Assembly: GCA_024762655.1 (NCBI GenBank)
Contig: JANTHB010000005.1
Location: 403 to 64,402 of the forward strand
Origin: Bacteroidales bacterium
GTDB taxonomy: Bacteria > Bacteroidota > Bacteroidia > Bacteroidales > VadinHA17
Direction: 5' to 3'
Length of the DNA: 64,000 nt
The notes beneath the pieces are model-generated. The model was not told where the DNA came from and made no database searches. It saw only the letters and a list, made by a program, of their open reading frames with translations. Positions within the stretch are counted from its first letter, which is position 1, and each line of letters begins with the position of its first letter. The translations under genes were made by a program, and so were the position numbers. Shown here piece by piece: positions 44,400 to 53,209 of the stretch.

Positions 44400-45185
44400 T
44401 CCGGTAATATTTTCCCCTTTCATGTTGTGGATAAACTCCCGTGTTACCCGGGCAGGATCATCCTCTTTTTCGAGGGCCTTAATGTAGGCGCTGCCTGTTA
44501 TGGCTCCGTTGAGATAACGGCAGGCCTGATCAAATGTTTTCCGGTTGGATATGCCGAAGCCCGCCAGCAGTTTGTTGGAAAGGTTCATTTCCCGCAGACG
44601 CATGAAGTAGCCGGTTTGTTTTTCTGAAAAAGAATTTTTCATCCCGGTGGTGGAGCGGGAAGATACCACATACAGAAAGCCTTCCCCTTCCCGGTCGAGA
44701 AAGCGGATGCGCTCCTCCGTAGTCTGGGGCGTAATGAGAAAAATATTTTTCAGATTATGAGCCGTAAAAAGCGTTTTGTACTCTTTAATATATTCTTCCG
44801 GCGGCAGATCAGGTATGATAACCCCGTCGATCCCCTGCGTGGCAAAATCCCGGCAGAAAGCTTCCATCCCATATCTAAGTACAGGGTTCAGATAGCTCAT
44901 CAGCAAAAGGGGAGTCCCGGTGTTTTGCCGGATACCTTTGAGTTGTTCCATCAGCTTTTTAAGGGTCATGCCGTTTTTCAGGGCCACTGCGTCGCTGTGT
45001 TGTATCACCGGGCCGTCGGCCACCGGATCGGAAAAAGGCACCCCGATCTCGATCATGTCGGCTCCCTGCTCCGAAAGGGCTTTGATGACCGGTACCGTAT
45101 CGGCAAGACGGGGATAACCGGCGGTGAAATATACCGAGAGGACGCTGTGTGGTTTGTTTTTGAAAAGATAATCTATGCGGTTCAT
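44397..45185 (-). CDS. trpA: Tryptophan synthase alpha chain
   Basis: YFTAGYP, ADMIEIGVPFSDPVADGPVIQ, GFGIS. Confidence 0.9.
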   Translation of the reverse strand: MNRIDYLFKNKPHSVLSVYFTAGYPRLADTVPVIKALSEQGADMIEIGVPFSDPVADGPVIQHSDAVALKNGMTLKKLMEQLKGIRQNTGTPLLLMSYLNPVLRYGMEAFCRDFATQGIDGVIIPDLPPEEYIKEYKTLFTAHNLKNIFLITPQTTEERIRFLDREGEGFLYVVSSRSTTGMKNSFSEKQTGYFMRLREMNLSNKLLAGFGISNRKTFDQACRYLNGAITGSAYIKALEKEDDPARVTREFIHNMKGENITG

Positions 45186-45228
45186 AAGAGCGTATGTGTT
45201 TTGCGTGTGAGATTTTTTAAATATGTAT

Positions 45229-45263
45229 TTAAATAAGCATTTAAATATTTATTTAAATAAATA
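45229..45263. repeat. AT-only palindrome in the trpB-trpA spacer
   Basis: Perfect 18-bp palindrome TATTTATTTAAATAAATA (45246-63). The 19-mer at 45241-59 is identical to 25626-44, and ATATGTATTTAAATAA (45231-46) matches 25636-51 in inverse orientation. Confidence 0.7.
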
Positions 45264-45280
45264 TATCTGTTCAACGGTCG

Positions 45281-46471
45281 TCATTCATTCTTCCAATTTA
45301 GAATGGTTTCCAGGTCTTTGTCTCCTCTGCCCGACAGGTTAATGACGATATGCCGGTCGGGAGGGAAAGTCATCTTATCGAGAAGGGCGAGGGCGTGAGC
45401 TGATTCCAGGGCGGGGATGATCCCTTCGTGCCGGGCAAGAAAACGGGTGGCACGGAGTGCTTCCTCATCATTGACGGCATAAAATTCAACCCGTTTTTCC
45501 CGGAAAAGATGACTCAGCAGGGGGCCTATGCCCGGATAATCCAGTCCGGCCGAGACAGAGTAGGGCTCTGTGATCTGGCCGTCTTCATCCTGGATGACAT
45601 AAGTCTTGCTGCCGTGCAGGATGCCTGTAAGTCCCAGGGCAATGGTAGCGGCCGTCTTGCCCGTGTCCACCCCTTTTCCGCCGGCTTCCACGGCGATCAG
45701 GCGTACGGCAGGTTTGTCAAGATAGTGGTAAAAAATGCCGGCAGCGTTACTGCCTCCGCCCACGCAGGCAATAATCGTATCGGGTTCTTCGCGTCCTGTT
45801 TTTTCTTTCATTTGCCACATCAGTTCTTCACTGATGACCGACTGCAGGCGGGCCACCAGATCGGGGTAGGGATGCGGTCCCACCACCGAACCGATGAGGT
45901 AATAGGTCTCTGCAGGGTGTGAGATCCAGTCGCGCAGGGCTTCGTTTACCGCATCTTTCAGGGTGCGGTTTCCCTGTTCTACCGGGACAACTTCTGCGCC
46001 CAGCAGTTTCATCCGCTCTACGTTGGGCCGTTGCCGGACCACGTCCAGCGCTCCCATATATACGGTGCACTGCATACCCATGCGGGCACATACCGTAGCG
46101 GTGGCCACACCGTGCTGGCCGGCTCCTGTCTCGGCAATGATACGTTTTTTCCCCAGTTTACGGGCCAGCAGGATCTGACCGAGGGCGTTGTTTATTTTAT
46201 GCGCTCCGGTATGGGTCAGATCTTCTCGTTTCAGATAAATGTGCGTATGGTAGTGCTCCGAGAGCCGTGCGGCATAATACAGCGGGGTGGGACGCCCCGC
46301 ATAATCCTTCAGCAGGGAAGAAAGCTCTTTCCTGAAACCGGCGCTCTCAAGGATGGCGAGGTAGCGTTCCTGTAATTCCCGGGTATTGGGATACAGCATT
46401 TCCGGGATGTAGGCGCCTCCGAATTCTCCGTAATATCCTTCGCGGGGTGCTTTCAGCGATGTAGTGTTCAT
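45281..46471 (-). CDS. trpB: Tryptophan synthase beta chain
   Basis: [25 protein letters not shown] (PLP Lys), GGGSNAAG. Confidence 0.95.
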   Translation of the reverse strand: MNTTSLKAPREGYYGEFGGAYIPEMLYPNTRELQERYLAILESAGFRKELSSLLKDYAGRPTPLYYAARLSEHYHTHIYLKREDLTHTGAHKINNALGQILLARKLGKKRIIAETGAGQHGVATATVCARMGMQCTVYMGALDVVRQRPNVERMKLLGAEVVPVEQGNRTLKDAVNEALRDWISHPAETYYLIGSVVGPHPYPDLVARLQSVISEELMWQMKEKTGREEPDTIIACVGGGSNAAGIFYHYLDKPAVRLIAVEAGGKGVDTGKTAATIALGLTGILHGSKTYVIQDEDGQITEPYSVSAGLDYPGIGPLLSHLFREKRVEFYAVNDEEALRATRFLARHEGIIPALESAHALALLDKMTFPPDRHIVINLSGRGDKDLETILNWKNE

Positions 46472-47103
46472 GATCTTATTTTTTTTATAAAGTGTTGAAT
46501 GCGAGGGATGTCTTTGATGCCCGGGGTGCGCTCAAAACGGCTGTTGATGTCCAGCGCATACAAACGGGGCAGCTTCAGGGACCCCGGTTCGTCAAGGATG
46601 CTTTCATTTATTCCCCCGCTCAGGAAAAACGGTACTTTAAGGTCGTATCCGGTGAGGACTTCCCTGTTGAAGGTTTTGCCGCTGCCTCCGTGCAGAGGGG
46701 TGTACGTGTCAAACAGAAAGAAATCGGCCTCTTCCGCATACGCTTCCAGAAAGCTATTGTCCGGCGGATCCTTGATCCCGAAAGCCTTAATGATTTTTAT
46801 CCCGGGGACCTCTTCCCTGATGCGCCTGCAGTATTCCGGGGTTTCATCCCCGTGCAACTGAACATAATCCAGACGGAACTTTTTGGAGAGACTTTCCACA
46901 AGACAGGGGTTTTCATCGACAAATACACCGACTTTCCGGATATTTTCCGGAATGGTTTCTGTGATATTGCGGGGCAGTTTCCCGGCATAGCGGGGGGATT
47001 CCCTGTAAAAGATAAACCCGATAAAGTCGATATCCAGGGTGGTCAGCGCCCTGATGTTGTCCGGGTCTTTCATTCCGCATACTTTGATTTTAATGTTTTT
47101 CAT
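46468..47103 (-). CDS. trpF: Phosphoribosylanthranilate isomerase
   Basis: KIKVCGM, DFIGFIF...[16 protein letters not shown]. Overlaps trpB by 4 nt. Confidence 0.9.
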   Translation of the reverse strand: MKNIKIKVCGMKDPDNIRALTTLDIDFIGFIFYRESPRYAGKLPRNITETIPENIRKVGVFVDENPCLVESLSKKFRLDYVQLHGDETPEYCRRIREEVPGIKIIKAFGIKDPPDNSFLEAYAEEADFFLFDTYTPLHGGSGKTFNREVLTGYDLKVPFFLSGGINESILDEPGSLKLPRLYALDINSRFERTPGIKDIPRIQHFIKKIRS

Positions 47104-47113
47104 GTTCCTGACA

Positions 47114-47902
47114 TTAGATCTTTTTTATTTTATCAATGAATTGTCTGCATGTTTTTCCGGGATCGGAGGTCTTCATGAATGTTTCGCCGATCAGGAAGCC
47201 CTGATAGCCTGCTTCTTTCAGCACAGCTACGTCTCCCGGCTCGCTGAGGCCGCTTTCCGATATTTTCACTGCATTCGGCGGGAGCAAAGGCGCTATTTCC
47301 AATGCCTGCCGGATGTCCACCGCAAAAGTGGTCAGGTTCCGGTTGTTGACGCCGATCAGATCCGCTTCTTCCGGTATTTTACGGATTTCATCCCTGTGGT
47401 GGATTTCAAAAAGGACCTCCATCTCCAGCTCTTTGGCCAGAGAGGCAAGCGCTTTGATCTGTTCAGGCTCCAGTACGGTTGCGATCAGGAGAATCGCATC
47501 GGCGCCGAGGGCACGTGCTTCGATCACCTGATACGCATCAAGGGTAAAGTCTTTGCGGAGAACAGGCAGAGAGGTGACACTTCGAACTTTTTGCAGGTCT
47601 TCATTGCTGCCCCCGAAGAACGTTTCATCGGTGAGTACCGAGAGACCTGCGGCTTCACAGCTTTCATATCCTTTTGCGATGTCTTCGGGAGAAGCCCCGG
47701 GATGAATAGTCCCTCTTGAAGGAGAGGATCTTTTGAATTCGGCGATGATCCCGGAACTGCCCGACACCGTAAGCGCTTGTGATAGCGAAATTGTCCGGCG
47801 GGAAAACCAGCGACTGTTTTCGAGAACAGAAACCGGCACCGCTGTTTTGCGGTGATCTGTTTCTTTTTGTTTGTGGGCAATGATTTTTTCCAGGATACTC
47901 AT
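47114..47902 (-). CDS. trpC: Indole-3-glycerol phosphate synthase
   Basis: IIAEFKRSSPS.G, LSVLTD..FFGGS, LRKDF, INNRNL, SESG. Confidence 0.9.
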   Translation of the reverse strand: MSILEKIIAHKQKETDHRKTAVPVSVLENSRWFSRRTISLSQALTVSGSSGIIAEFKRSSPSRGTIHPGASPEDIAKGYESCEAAGLSVLTDETFFGGSNEDLQKVRSVTSLPVLRKDFTLDAYQVIEARALGADAILLIATVLEPEQIKALASLAKELEMEVLFEIHHRDEIRKIPEEADLIGVNNRNLTTFAVDIRQALEIAPLLPPNAVKISESGLSEPGDVAVLKEAGYQGFLIGETFMKTSDPGKTCRQFIDKIKKI

Positions 47903-48894
47903 GACTGCATATTCATCAGGGTGTGAAAAACTTCTTTGGCCCTGCCTGACAGCAGAGACGCTTCAGCCATGGCCGTAGTTTCTTCCAGTGATTTTTCCGG
48001 AAAATAACACAGCAAAGCGTAAGCAGCATTGGCCACGACAACTTTGTTTTGCCCGGCAGTCCCCTGTCCTTCGAGGATATTCCCGAACAATACGGCATTC
48101 TCCCGAAGGGTTTGTCCTCCCCTGAGGGCAGCGGGAGGTACATATCCGAAAGAAAGCACACCGGGGGAAACGGTTTGCTGTGTGTCATTGGTTACCAGCC
48201 GGAAGTCGGAGGTCAGACTTACCTCGTCGTATCCATCCAGTGAATGAACGATAAAATAACGGACGGGTGTCGAAGCATATACGCCGGCATACAGATCCTG
48301 GACATCCCGGTTAAAGACGCCGATCAATTGCCGGGAGGGACGGGCAGGGTTGACCATCGGACCGAGGATATTAAAAAATGTTTTCAGCCGGAGTGTTTTT
48401 CTCACCGGGGCCACATTTTTTAAGGCCGGGTGAAACAAAGGGGCATGCAGATAGCAGATACCTGTTTGCTCCAGTTCTTTTTTCAACTTGTCATTGCTGT
48501 TGGAAAAAGAATAGCCGAAATACTGCATAATATCCGAAGAGCCGGAGGCTGAGGAGGCGGCTGCATTGCCATGTTTCACCACTTTTGCTCCGGCGCCGGC
48601 GGCGACGAAAGCCGTCAGGGTGGAAATGTTGAAGGTGTTTTTCCCGTCGCCGCCGGTACCGCAGACATCCAGGGTCTCATAACCGTTCAGATCTACCGGT
48701 ACGGCCAGTTCCAGCAAAGCTTCCCTGAAACCGGCCAGTTCGCCGGCAGTGACCGGCCGCATCATATAAGCGGTGAGAAAAGAAGATATCTCGATATCCG
48801 AATACATGCCGCTGGCAACGTTTTTCAGTACTTCCCTGGCTTCATTACGATTGAGAATTACTTTCTGAGTCAGTTTTTCCAGAATTTCTTTCAT
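47899..48894 (-). CDS. trpD: Anthranilate phosphoribosyltransferase
   Basis: DVCGTGGDGKNTFNIST, KHGN.AASS.SGS.D. The start is set at MKEILEKL (48894) rather than the listed 48972, which would overlap trpG by 26 nt. Confidence 0.85.
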   Translation of the reverse strand: MKEILEKLTQKVILNRNEAREVLKNVASGMYSDIEISSFLTAYMMRPVTAGELAGFREALLELAVPVDLNGYETLDVCGTGGDGKNTFNISTLTAFVAAGAGAKVVKHGNAAASSASGSSDIMQYFGYSFSNSNDKLKKELEQTGICYLHAPLFHPALKNVAPVRKTLRLKTFFNILGPMVNPARPSRQLIGVFNRDVQDLYAGVYASTPVRYFIVHSLDGYDEVSLTSDFRLVTNDTQQTVSPGVLSFGYVPPAALRGGQTLRENAVLFGNILEGQGTAGQNKVVVANAAYALLCYFPEKSLEETTAMAEASLLSGRAKEVFHTLMNMQS

Positions 48895-48946
48895 GAGGAT
48901 CGGTTTTTTAAGAGACAAGGCATGCCTTGTCGTTACAATTTCAATA

Positions 48947-49516
48947 TCAGTAAGTATGTAACCAGTTTTCAATCATCTGGTATCCGTATTGTGTCATGAT
49001 GGATTCGGGATGGAATTGTACCCCTCTGACATCATATGTTCTATGGGTTACTCCCATGATCTGTCCTGCTTCGTCCACACTGTTGACCACCAGGTCGCCG
49101 GGTAGCGATTCGGGGTCGATCACCCAGGAATGATACCGGCCGGCCAGAATGGTTTCAGGCAGATTGCGGAACAGAGGATCGGCGGTTACCAGGTGAATAT
49201 GGGTCTTGACACCGTGAAAGGGCTGTTCCAGGTTGATCAGGGATCCTCCGAAAATTTCGGCGATAGCCTGGTGTCCGAGACATACCCCCAGGATGCTTTT
49301 TGTTGACGCATATTCCCGGATGACTTCCAACGACCGCCCTGCCTCGGAGGGGATGCCGGGACCGGGCGAGATTACGATCTTGTCATATTCCCAGAGCTTT
49401 TCCGGAGAAAACGCATCGTTGCGAAACACATCCACCGGAGCCCCGCTGATGGTGCCGAGGTAGTTTACCAGATTATAGGTAAACGAGTCATAATTGTCGA
49501 TCACTGCAATTTTCAT
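48947..49516 (-). CDS. trpG: Anthranilate synthase component II (glutamine amidotransferase)
   Basis: MKIAVIDNYDSFTYNL, GVCLGHQ (Cys nucleophile), GVQFHPES. The listed start at 49543 adds 9 aa. Confidence 0.9.
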   Translation of the reverse strand: MKIAVIDNYDSFTYNLVNYLGTISGAPVDVFRNDAFSPEKLWEYDKIVISPGPGIPSEAGRSLEVIREYASTKSILGVCLGHQAIAEIFGGSLINLEQPFHGVKTHIHLVTADPLFRNLPETILAGRYHSWVIDPESLPGDLVVNSVDEAGQIMGVTHRTYDVRGVQFHPESIMTQYGYQMIENWLHTY

Positions 49517-49598
49517 TTTCCGGATATTGAGCATTGGCTTCATACTATGGGCAGGTTTTTACTTATTCGTCATTCATCTCTCATCGATTCTCTTTTCA

Positions 49599-51014
49599 TT
49601 AAATTTCCTGTGCCATCAGGATGGCTTTTTTCAGGGCGGCCAGCTTGTTGTTCACTTCCTGCAGTTCGTTTTCTTCCACCGATCTGGATACGATGCCTGC
49701 TCCGGCCTGGTAAAAGAGGGTATTCTTCTTGCTGAGGAATGAGCGGATCATAATGGCATGGTTGAGGTTTCCGTCCGGATGAATATATCCGATGGCGCCG
49801 CCGTAGAACCCACGTGCCTGGTTTTCAATCCGGTCTATCAGCTCCATGGCTTTGTATTTTGGAGCGCCGGTGAGGGTTCCTGCGGGAAAAGTGGCGCCCA
49901 GCATGCTGACAGAGTCTTCCGCGTGGTTGAGTCTGGCAGACACGGTAGAGACCATGTGGATAACATGGGAATAAAACTGTATCTCCTGAAACTTTTCTAC
50001 CCGGATGTCACTGCCATAGCGGCTCAGGTCGTTGCGTGCCAGGTCCACCAGCATGACATGCTCTGCATTTTCTTTTTCGTCTTTGGTCAGTTCGGAAGCC
50101 TTTTTTTTATCCTCTTCGTCATTTCCTGTTCGTTTGAAGGTTCCTGCAATAGGGTTGATGTATGCACGGCGGTTTATAATTTTCAGATGCGTCTCCGGGG
50201 ACGAACCGAAAATCCGGTAATCGCCATAATCAAAATAAAAAAGATAGGGAGAAGGGTTTATAGACCGCAGAGAGCGGTAGAGGTTGAAGTCGTCCCCCTG
50301 AAAATCCTGTTCGAACTGACGGGACAGGACGATCTGGAAGACATCGCCGCGAAAACAATGCTTTTTCCCGGTTCTGACCATCCCGAGATAGTCTTCATCG
50401 GTGATATTGGACCGTTCCTCACCGGTAACTGAAAAACGGCCGGTGGCAACGGCCATCTTCCGGATGAACATCTCTATCTTCCCGATTTCCGGCGATTCTC
50501 CGTCGAAAAGATTCTCGGTGATGAACATGGTATTGTTAAAATGGTTAATGGCGATGATATACTTGTAAAGGCTGTACCGGATATCGGGGATGGCATACGA
50601 TTCCTGTTGTTTAGCTGTCAGGGAAATGGTTTCAAAATAACGGATGGCGTCGTAGCCCAGATACCCGAAGAAACCGTTCGGGGCCTCCGGGTTTTTCTGC
50701 GTGAATGAAAAGCGGTTCATAAACTCCGTGAGAACGGGGGCAAAAGAGCCTTCCAGGGGGTATTCTTTTGTAATTTGTTCTTTGATGTTTTCTTCCACCT
50801 GGTGATCCCTGACGGAAATGGTGGCGACAGGTTGCAGGCAAATGATCGAAAGACTGTCTTCGCTGCTGTGGTAATCGGAGCTCTCCAGCAGAACGGACCG
50901 GGGGAAAATCTCCCGCATTTTCAGGTATATGGCTACCGGGGTGAAGGTGTCGGAGAGTATCTTTTGGGTTGTGGAACGGATTCTGATCTTTTTCATTTCA
51001 TCGTGTTTTATCAT
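49599..51014 (-). CDS. trpE: Anthranilate synthase component I
   Basis: LLESS, chorismate-binding C-terminus (GTLTGAPK, GGAIGY, AGAGIV.DS). Confidence 0.9.
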   Translation of the reverse strand: MIKHDEMKKIRIRSTTQKILSDTFTPVAIYLKMREIFPRSVLLESSDYHSSEDSLSIICLQPVATISVRDHQVEENIKEQITKEYPLEGSFAPVLTEFMNRFSFTQKNPEAPNGFFGYLGYDAIRYFETISLTAKQQESYAIPDIRYSLYKYIIAINHFNNTMFITENLFDGESPEIGKIEMFIRKMAVATGRFSVTGEERSNITDEDYLGMVRTGKKHCFRGDVFQIVLSRQFEQDFQGDDFNLYRSLRSINPSPYLFYFDYGDYRIFGSSPETHLKIINRRAYINPIAGTFKRTGNDEEDKKKASELTKDEKENAEHVMLVDLARNDLSRYGSDIRVEKFQEIQFYSHVIHMVSTVSARLNHAEDSVSMLGATFPAGTLTGAPKYKAMELIDRIENQARGFYGGAIGYIHPDGNLNHAIMIRSFLSKKNTLFYQAGAGIVSRSVEENELQEVNNKLAALKKAILMAQEI

Positions 51015-51047
51015 AAAAAAAGGGCTTACCGTAAACGATAAGCCCTT
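51014..51047 (-). terminator. trp attenuator terminator abutting the trpE start codon
   Basis: The minus strand reads AAGGGCTTATCG-TTTA-CGGTAAGCCCTT followed by TTTTTTT and then directly the trpE ATG (51014). Confidence 0.8.
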
Positions 51048-51068
51048 GATGAGGTTATAGCGATCGCC

Positions 51069-51125
51069 TTACGATAACATTCTGTTTTCGTTAAGCCACC
51101 ACCAACATGTATGGGTTCTGTTCAT
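51069..51125 (-). CDS. trpL: trp operon leader peptide MNRTHTCWWWLNENRMLS
   Basis: An 18-codon ORF with three consecutive TGG codons (51096-51104). It lies between a -7 box and a rho-independent terminator, directly upstream of trpE. Confidence 0.8.
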   Translation of the reverse strand: MNRTHTCWWWLNENRMLS

Positions 51126-51144
51126 TTTCTTTTCAGTTACGGAG

Positions 51145-51152
51145 CAAAAATA
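51145..51152 (-). promoter_or_regulatory. -7 promoter box TATTTTTG for the trp operon
   Basis: Exact TAnnTTTG match on the minus strand, 20 nt upstream of the leader ATG at 51125. Confidence 0.6.
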
Positions 51153-51178
51153 GAAAAAAAATATTAAAAGCAAATCAA

Positions 51179-52411
51179 TCAGGCTACTTTTAATTTTTGC
51201 AGGTTAACGCCTTCCAGTTTTTCTTTTGCGTATTTCAGGGTTATGGTCAGTTTTTTGCGTTTGCTGCCCGGGGTATGAAACATAGCGTCGGTCATGATTG
51301 TTTCGCAGATTGATCTGAGCCCGCGGGCTCCCAATTTAAACTCAACCGCTTTATCAACAATATAATCCAGCACTTCTTTCTGGAACGTCAGCTCTATGCC
51401 ATCCATTTCGAACAGTTTGGTATATTGTTTTATAATGGCATTTTTAGGTTCGGTAAGGATCCGGCGCAGGGCGGTTCTGTCGAGAGGGTGCAGATAGGTA
51501 AGCACCGGGAGCCGTCCGATAATCTCAGGGATCAGTCCGTATGATTTCAGGTCCTGGGGAGCGATATATTGCAGCAGGTTGTTTTTGTCGATCTTATCCC
51601 GGTTTTTGGAAGCGCCGAAGCCTACAACCTGGGTGTTCAGGCGGTTGGCGATTTTCTTTTCAATACCGTCAAATGCTCCGCCACAGATAAAAAGAATATT
51701 TTTTGTATCTACGGGGATCATTTTTTGTTCGGGATGCTTTCTCCCACCCTGCGGAGGCACGTTTACAATGGATCCTTCCAGCAGTTTCAGCAGTCCCTGC
51801 TGGACTCCTTCGCCCGAAACGTCACGTGTTATGGAGGGATTGTCTCCCTTACGGGCGATCTTATCTATCTCGTCGACAAAAACAATTCCTTTTTCTGCCG
51901 CTGCCACATCGTAGTCGGCTGCCTGCAACAGGCGTGTCAGGAGGCTTTCAATATCTTCCCCCACATAACCTGCTTCCGTCAGGACGGTAGCATCCACAAT
52001 GGTGAAAGGAACATGGAGCATTTTGGCAATGGTACGCGCCAGCAGGGTTTTGCCCGTGCCTGTTTCCCCAACCATAATGATGTTTGATTTCTCTATCTCC
52101 ACATCATCTTGTGTGGAAGGTTGCATAAGCCGTTTGTAATGATTGTAAACGGCTACGGAGATATATTTTTTGGCCTCTTCCTGGCCGATGACATACTGAT
52201 CAAGAAATTTCTTGATCTCGGTGGGTTTCATCAACTGGATATCGTTCACGTTGAGGCTGCTCTTGCCCTTCAGCTCTTCCTTCATGATCCCGTAGGCCTG
52301 CTCTATACAATGATCGCAGATATATCCGCTGATGCCCGAGATGAGCAGGTTGGTATCCTTTTTTTCACGTCCGCAAAACGAACAACGTTCCATATGTTCG
52401 GTATTTTTCAT
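51179..52411 (-). CDS. clpX: ATP-dependent Clp protease ATP-binding subunit ClpX
   Basis: CSFCG...C..C zinc ribbon, GETGTGKT Walker A, IVFVDEIDK Walker B. The listed start at 52438 runs through a terminator T-run. The true start is the ATG at 52411 or 52393. Confidence 0.9.
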   Translation of the reverse strand: MKNTEHMERCSFCGREKKDTNLLISGISGYICDHCIEQAYGIMKEELKGKSSLNVNDIQLMKPTEIKKFLDQYVIGQEEAKKYISVAVYNHYKRLMQPSTQDDVEIEKSNIIMVGETGTGKTLLARTIAKMLHVPFTIVDATVLTEAGYVGEDIESLLTRLLQAADYDVAAAEKGIVFVDEIDKIARKGDNPSITRDVSGEGVQQGLLKLLEGSIVNVPPQGGRKHPEQKMIPVDTKNILFICGGAFDGIEKKIANRLNTQVVGFGASKNRDKIDKNNLLQYIAPQDLKSYGLIPEIIGRLPVLTYLHPLDRTALRRILTEPKNAIIKQYTKLFEMDGIELTFQKEVLDYIVDKAVEFKLGARGLRSICETIMTDAMFHTPGSKRKKLTITLKYAKEKLEGVNLQKLKVA

Positions 52412-52416
52412 CACTG

Positions 52417-52424
52417 CAAAGTTA
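52417..52424 (-). promoter_or_regulatory. -7 promoter box TAACTTTG immediately upstream of clpX
   Basis: Exact TAnnTTTG match on the minus strand, only 6 nt before the ATG at 52411 and 24 nt before the ATG at 52393. Confidence 0.45.
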
Positions 52425-52427
52425 ACG

Positions 52428-52461
52428 AAAAAAAACAAAAGGGGCTTTTTATGCCCCCTTT
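52428..52461 (-). terminator. Intrinsic terminator between clpP and clpX
   Basis: The minus strand reads GAAAGGGGGCATAAAAAGCCCCTTTT followed by GTTTTTTTT. The stem is GGGGC/GCCCC plus flanking A-T pairs. Confidence 0.65.
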
Positions 52462-52485
52462 CAGTTTTTTCAGGGATTACAATCT

Positions 52486-53172
52486 TTATTTTTTGGGTGT
52501 GTGATTTCTTTCCAGGATTTCATCGATCATCCCGTAGGCTTTGGCTTCTTCTGCCGTCATCCAGAAATCACGGTCCGAGTCTTTGGAAACTTTCTTTAGC
52601 GGGTTTCCGGAGTGTTCAGCGACAATGGAGTAAAGTTCGTGTCTGAGTTTGACAATTTCACGGGTCGTGATCTCAATATCGGAAGCGGGTCCCTGTACGC
52701 CGCCCATGGGCTGGTGAATCATCACCCTGGAGTGCTTGAGGGCCGATCTTTTTCCTTTGGTTCCGGCACAGAGCAGGACGGCTCCCATCGAAGCGGCAAT
52801 GCCTGTGCAGATGGTGGCGACATCACAGCCAATGTATTGCATGGTGTCATAGATCCCAAGTCCGGCATATACGGAACCTCCCGGGGTGTTGAGGTAGATC
52901 TGGATGTCTTTGCCCGGTTCGGAAGATTCAAGATACAACAGCTGGGCTTCTACAATGTTGGCGACATAGTCGTCAATCGCCAGACCGATAAAAATGATGC
53001 GGTCCATCATCAGCCGCGAAAAAACATCCATCGAGGCAACATTCAACTGCCGTTCTTCAATGATCGTAGGTGAGATGTAGTTGTTATAAACCGACATATA
53101 CTGGTCCAGCCCCAGCGGGTTTATTCCGATATGCTTTGTGGCAAATTTTTTAAAATCGTCCTGTGTTTTCAT
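52486..53172 (-). CDS. clpP: ATP-dependent Clp protease proteolytic subunit
   Basis: RIIFIGLAIDD, TICTGIAASMGAVLL (Ser), MIHQP (His). Confidence 0.95.
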   Translation of the reverse strand: MKTQDDFKKFATKHIGINPLGLDQYMSVYNNYISPTIIEERQLNVASMDVFSRLMMDRIIFIGLAIDDYVANIVEAQLLYLESSEPGKDIQIYLNTPGGSVYAGLGIYDTMQYIGCDVATICTGIAASMGAVLLCAGTKGKRSALKHSRVMIHQPMGGVQGPASDIEITTREIVKLRHELYSIVAEHSGNPLKKVSKDSDRDFWMTAEEAKAYGMIDEILERNHTPKK

Positions 53173-53209
53173 GATATAAATATTTTAATTTAGGACCTAA
53201 AAGTACTAA

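Noticed and set aside
44361-44627. 88-aa plus-strand ORF after the lipoprotein gene.
   Set aside because: It begins inside the bidirectional terminator and runs antisense to trpA.
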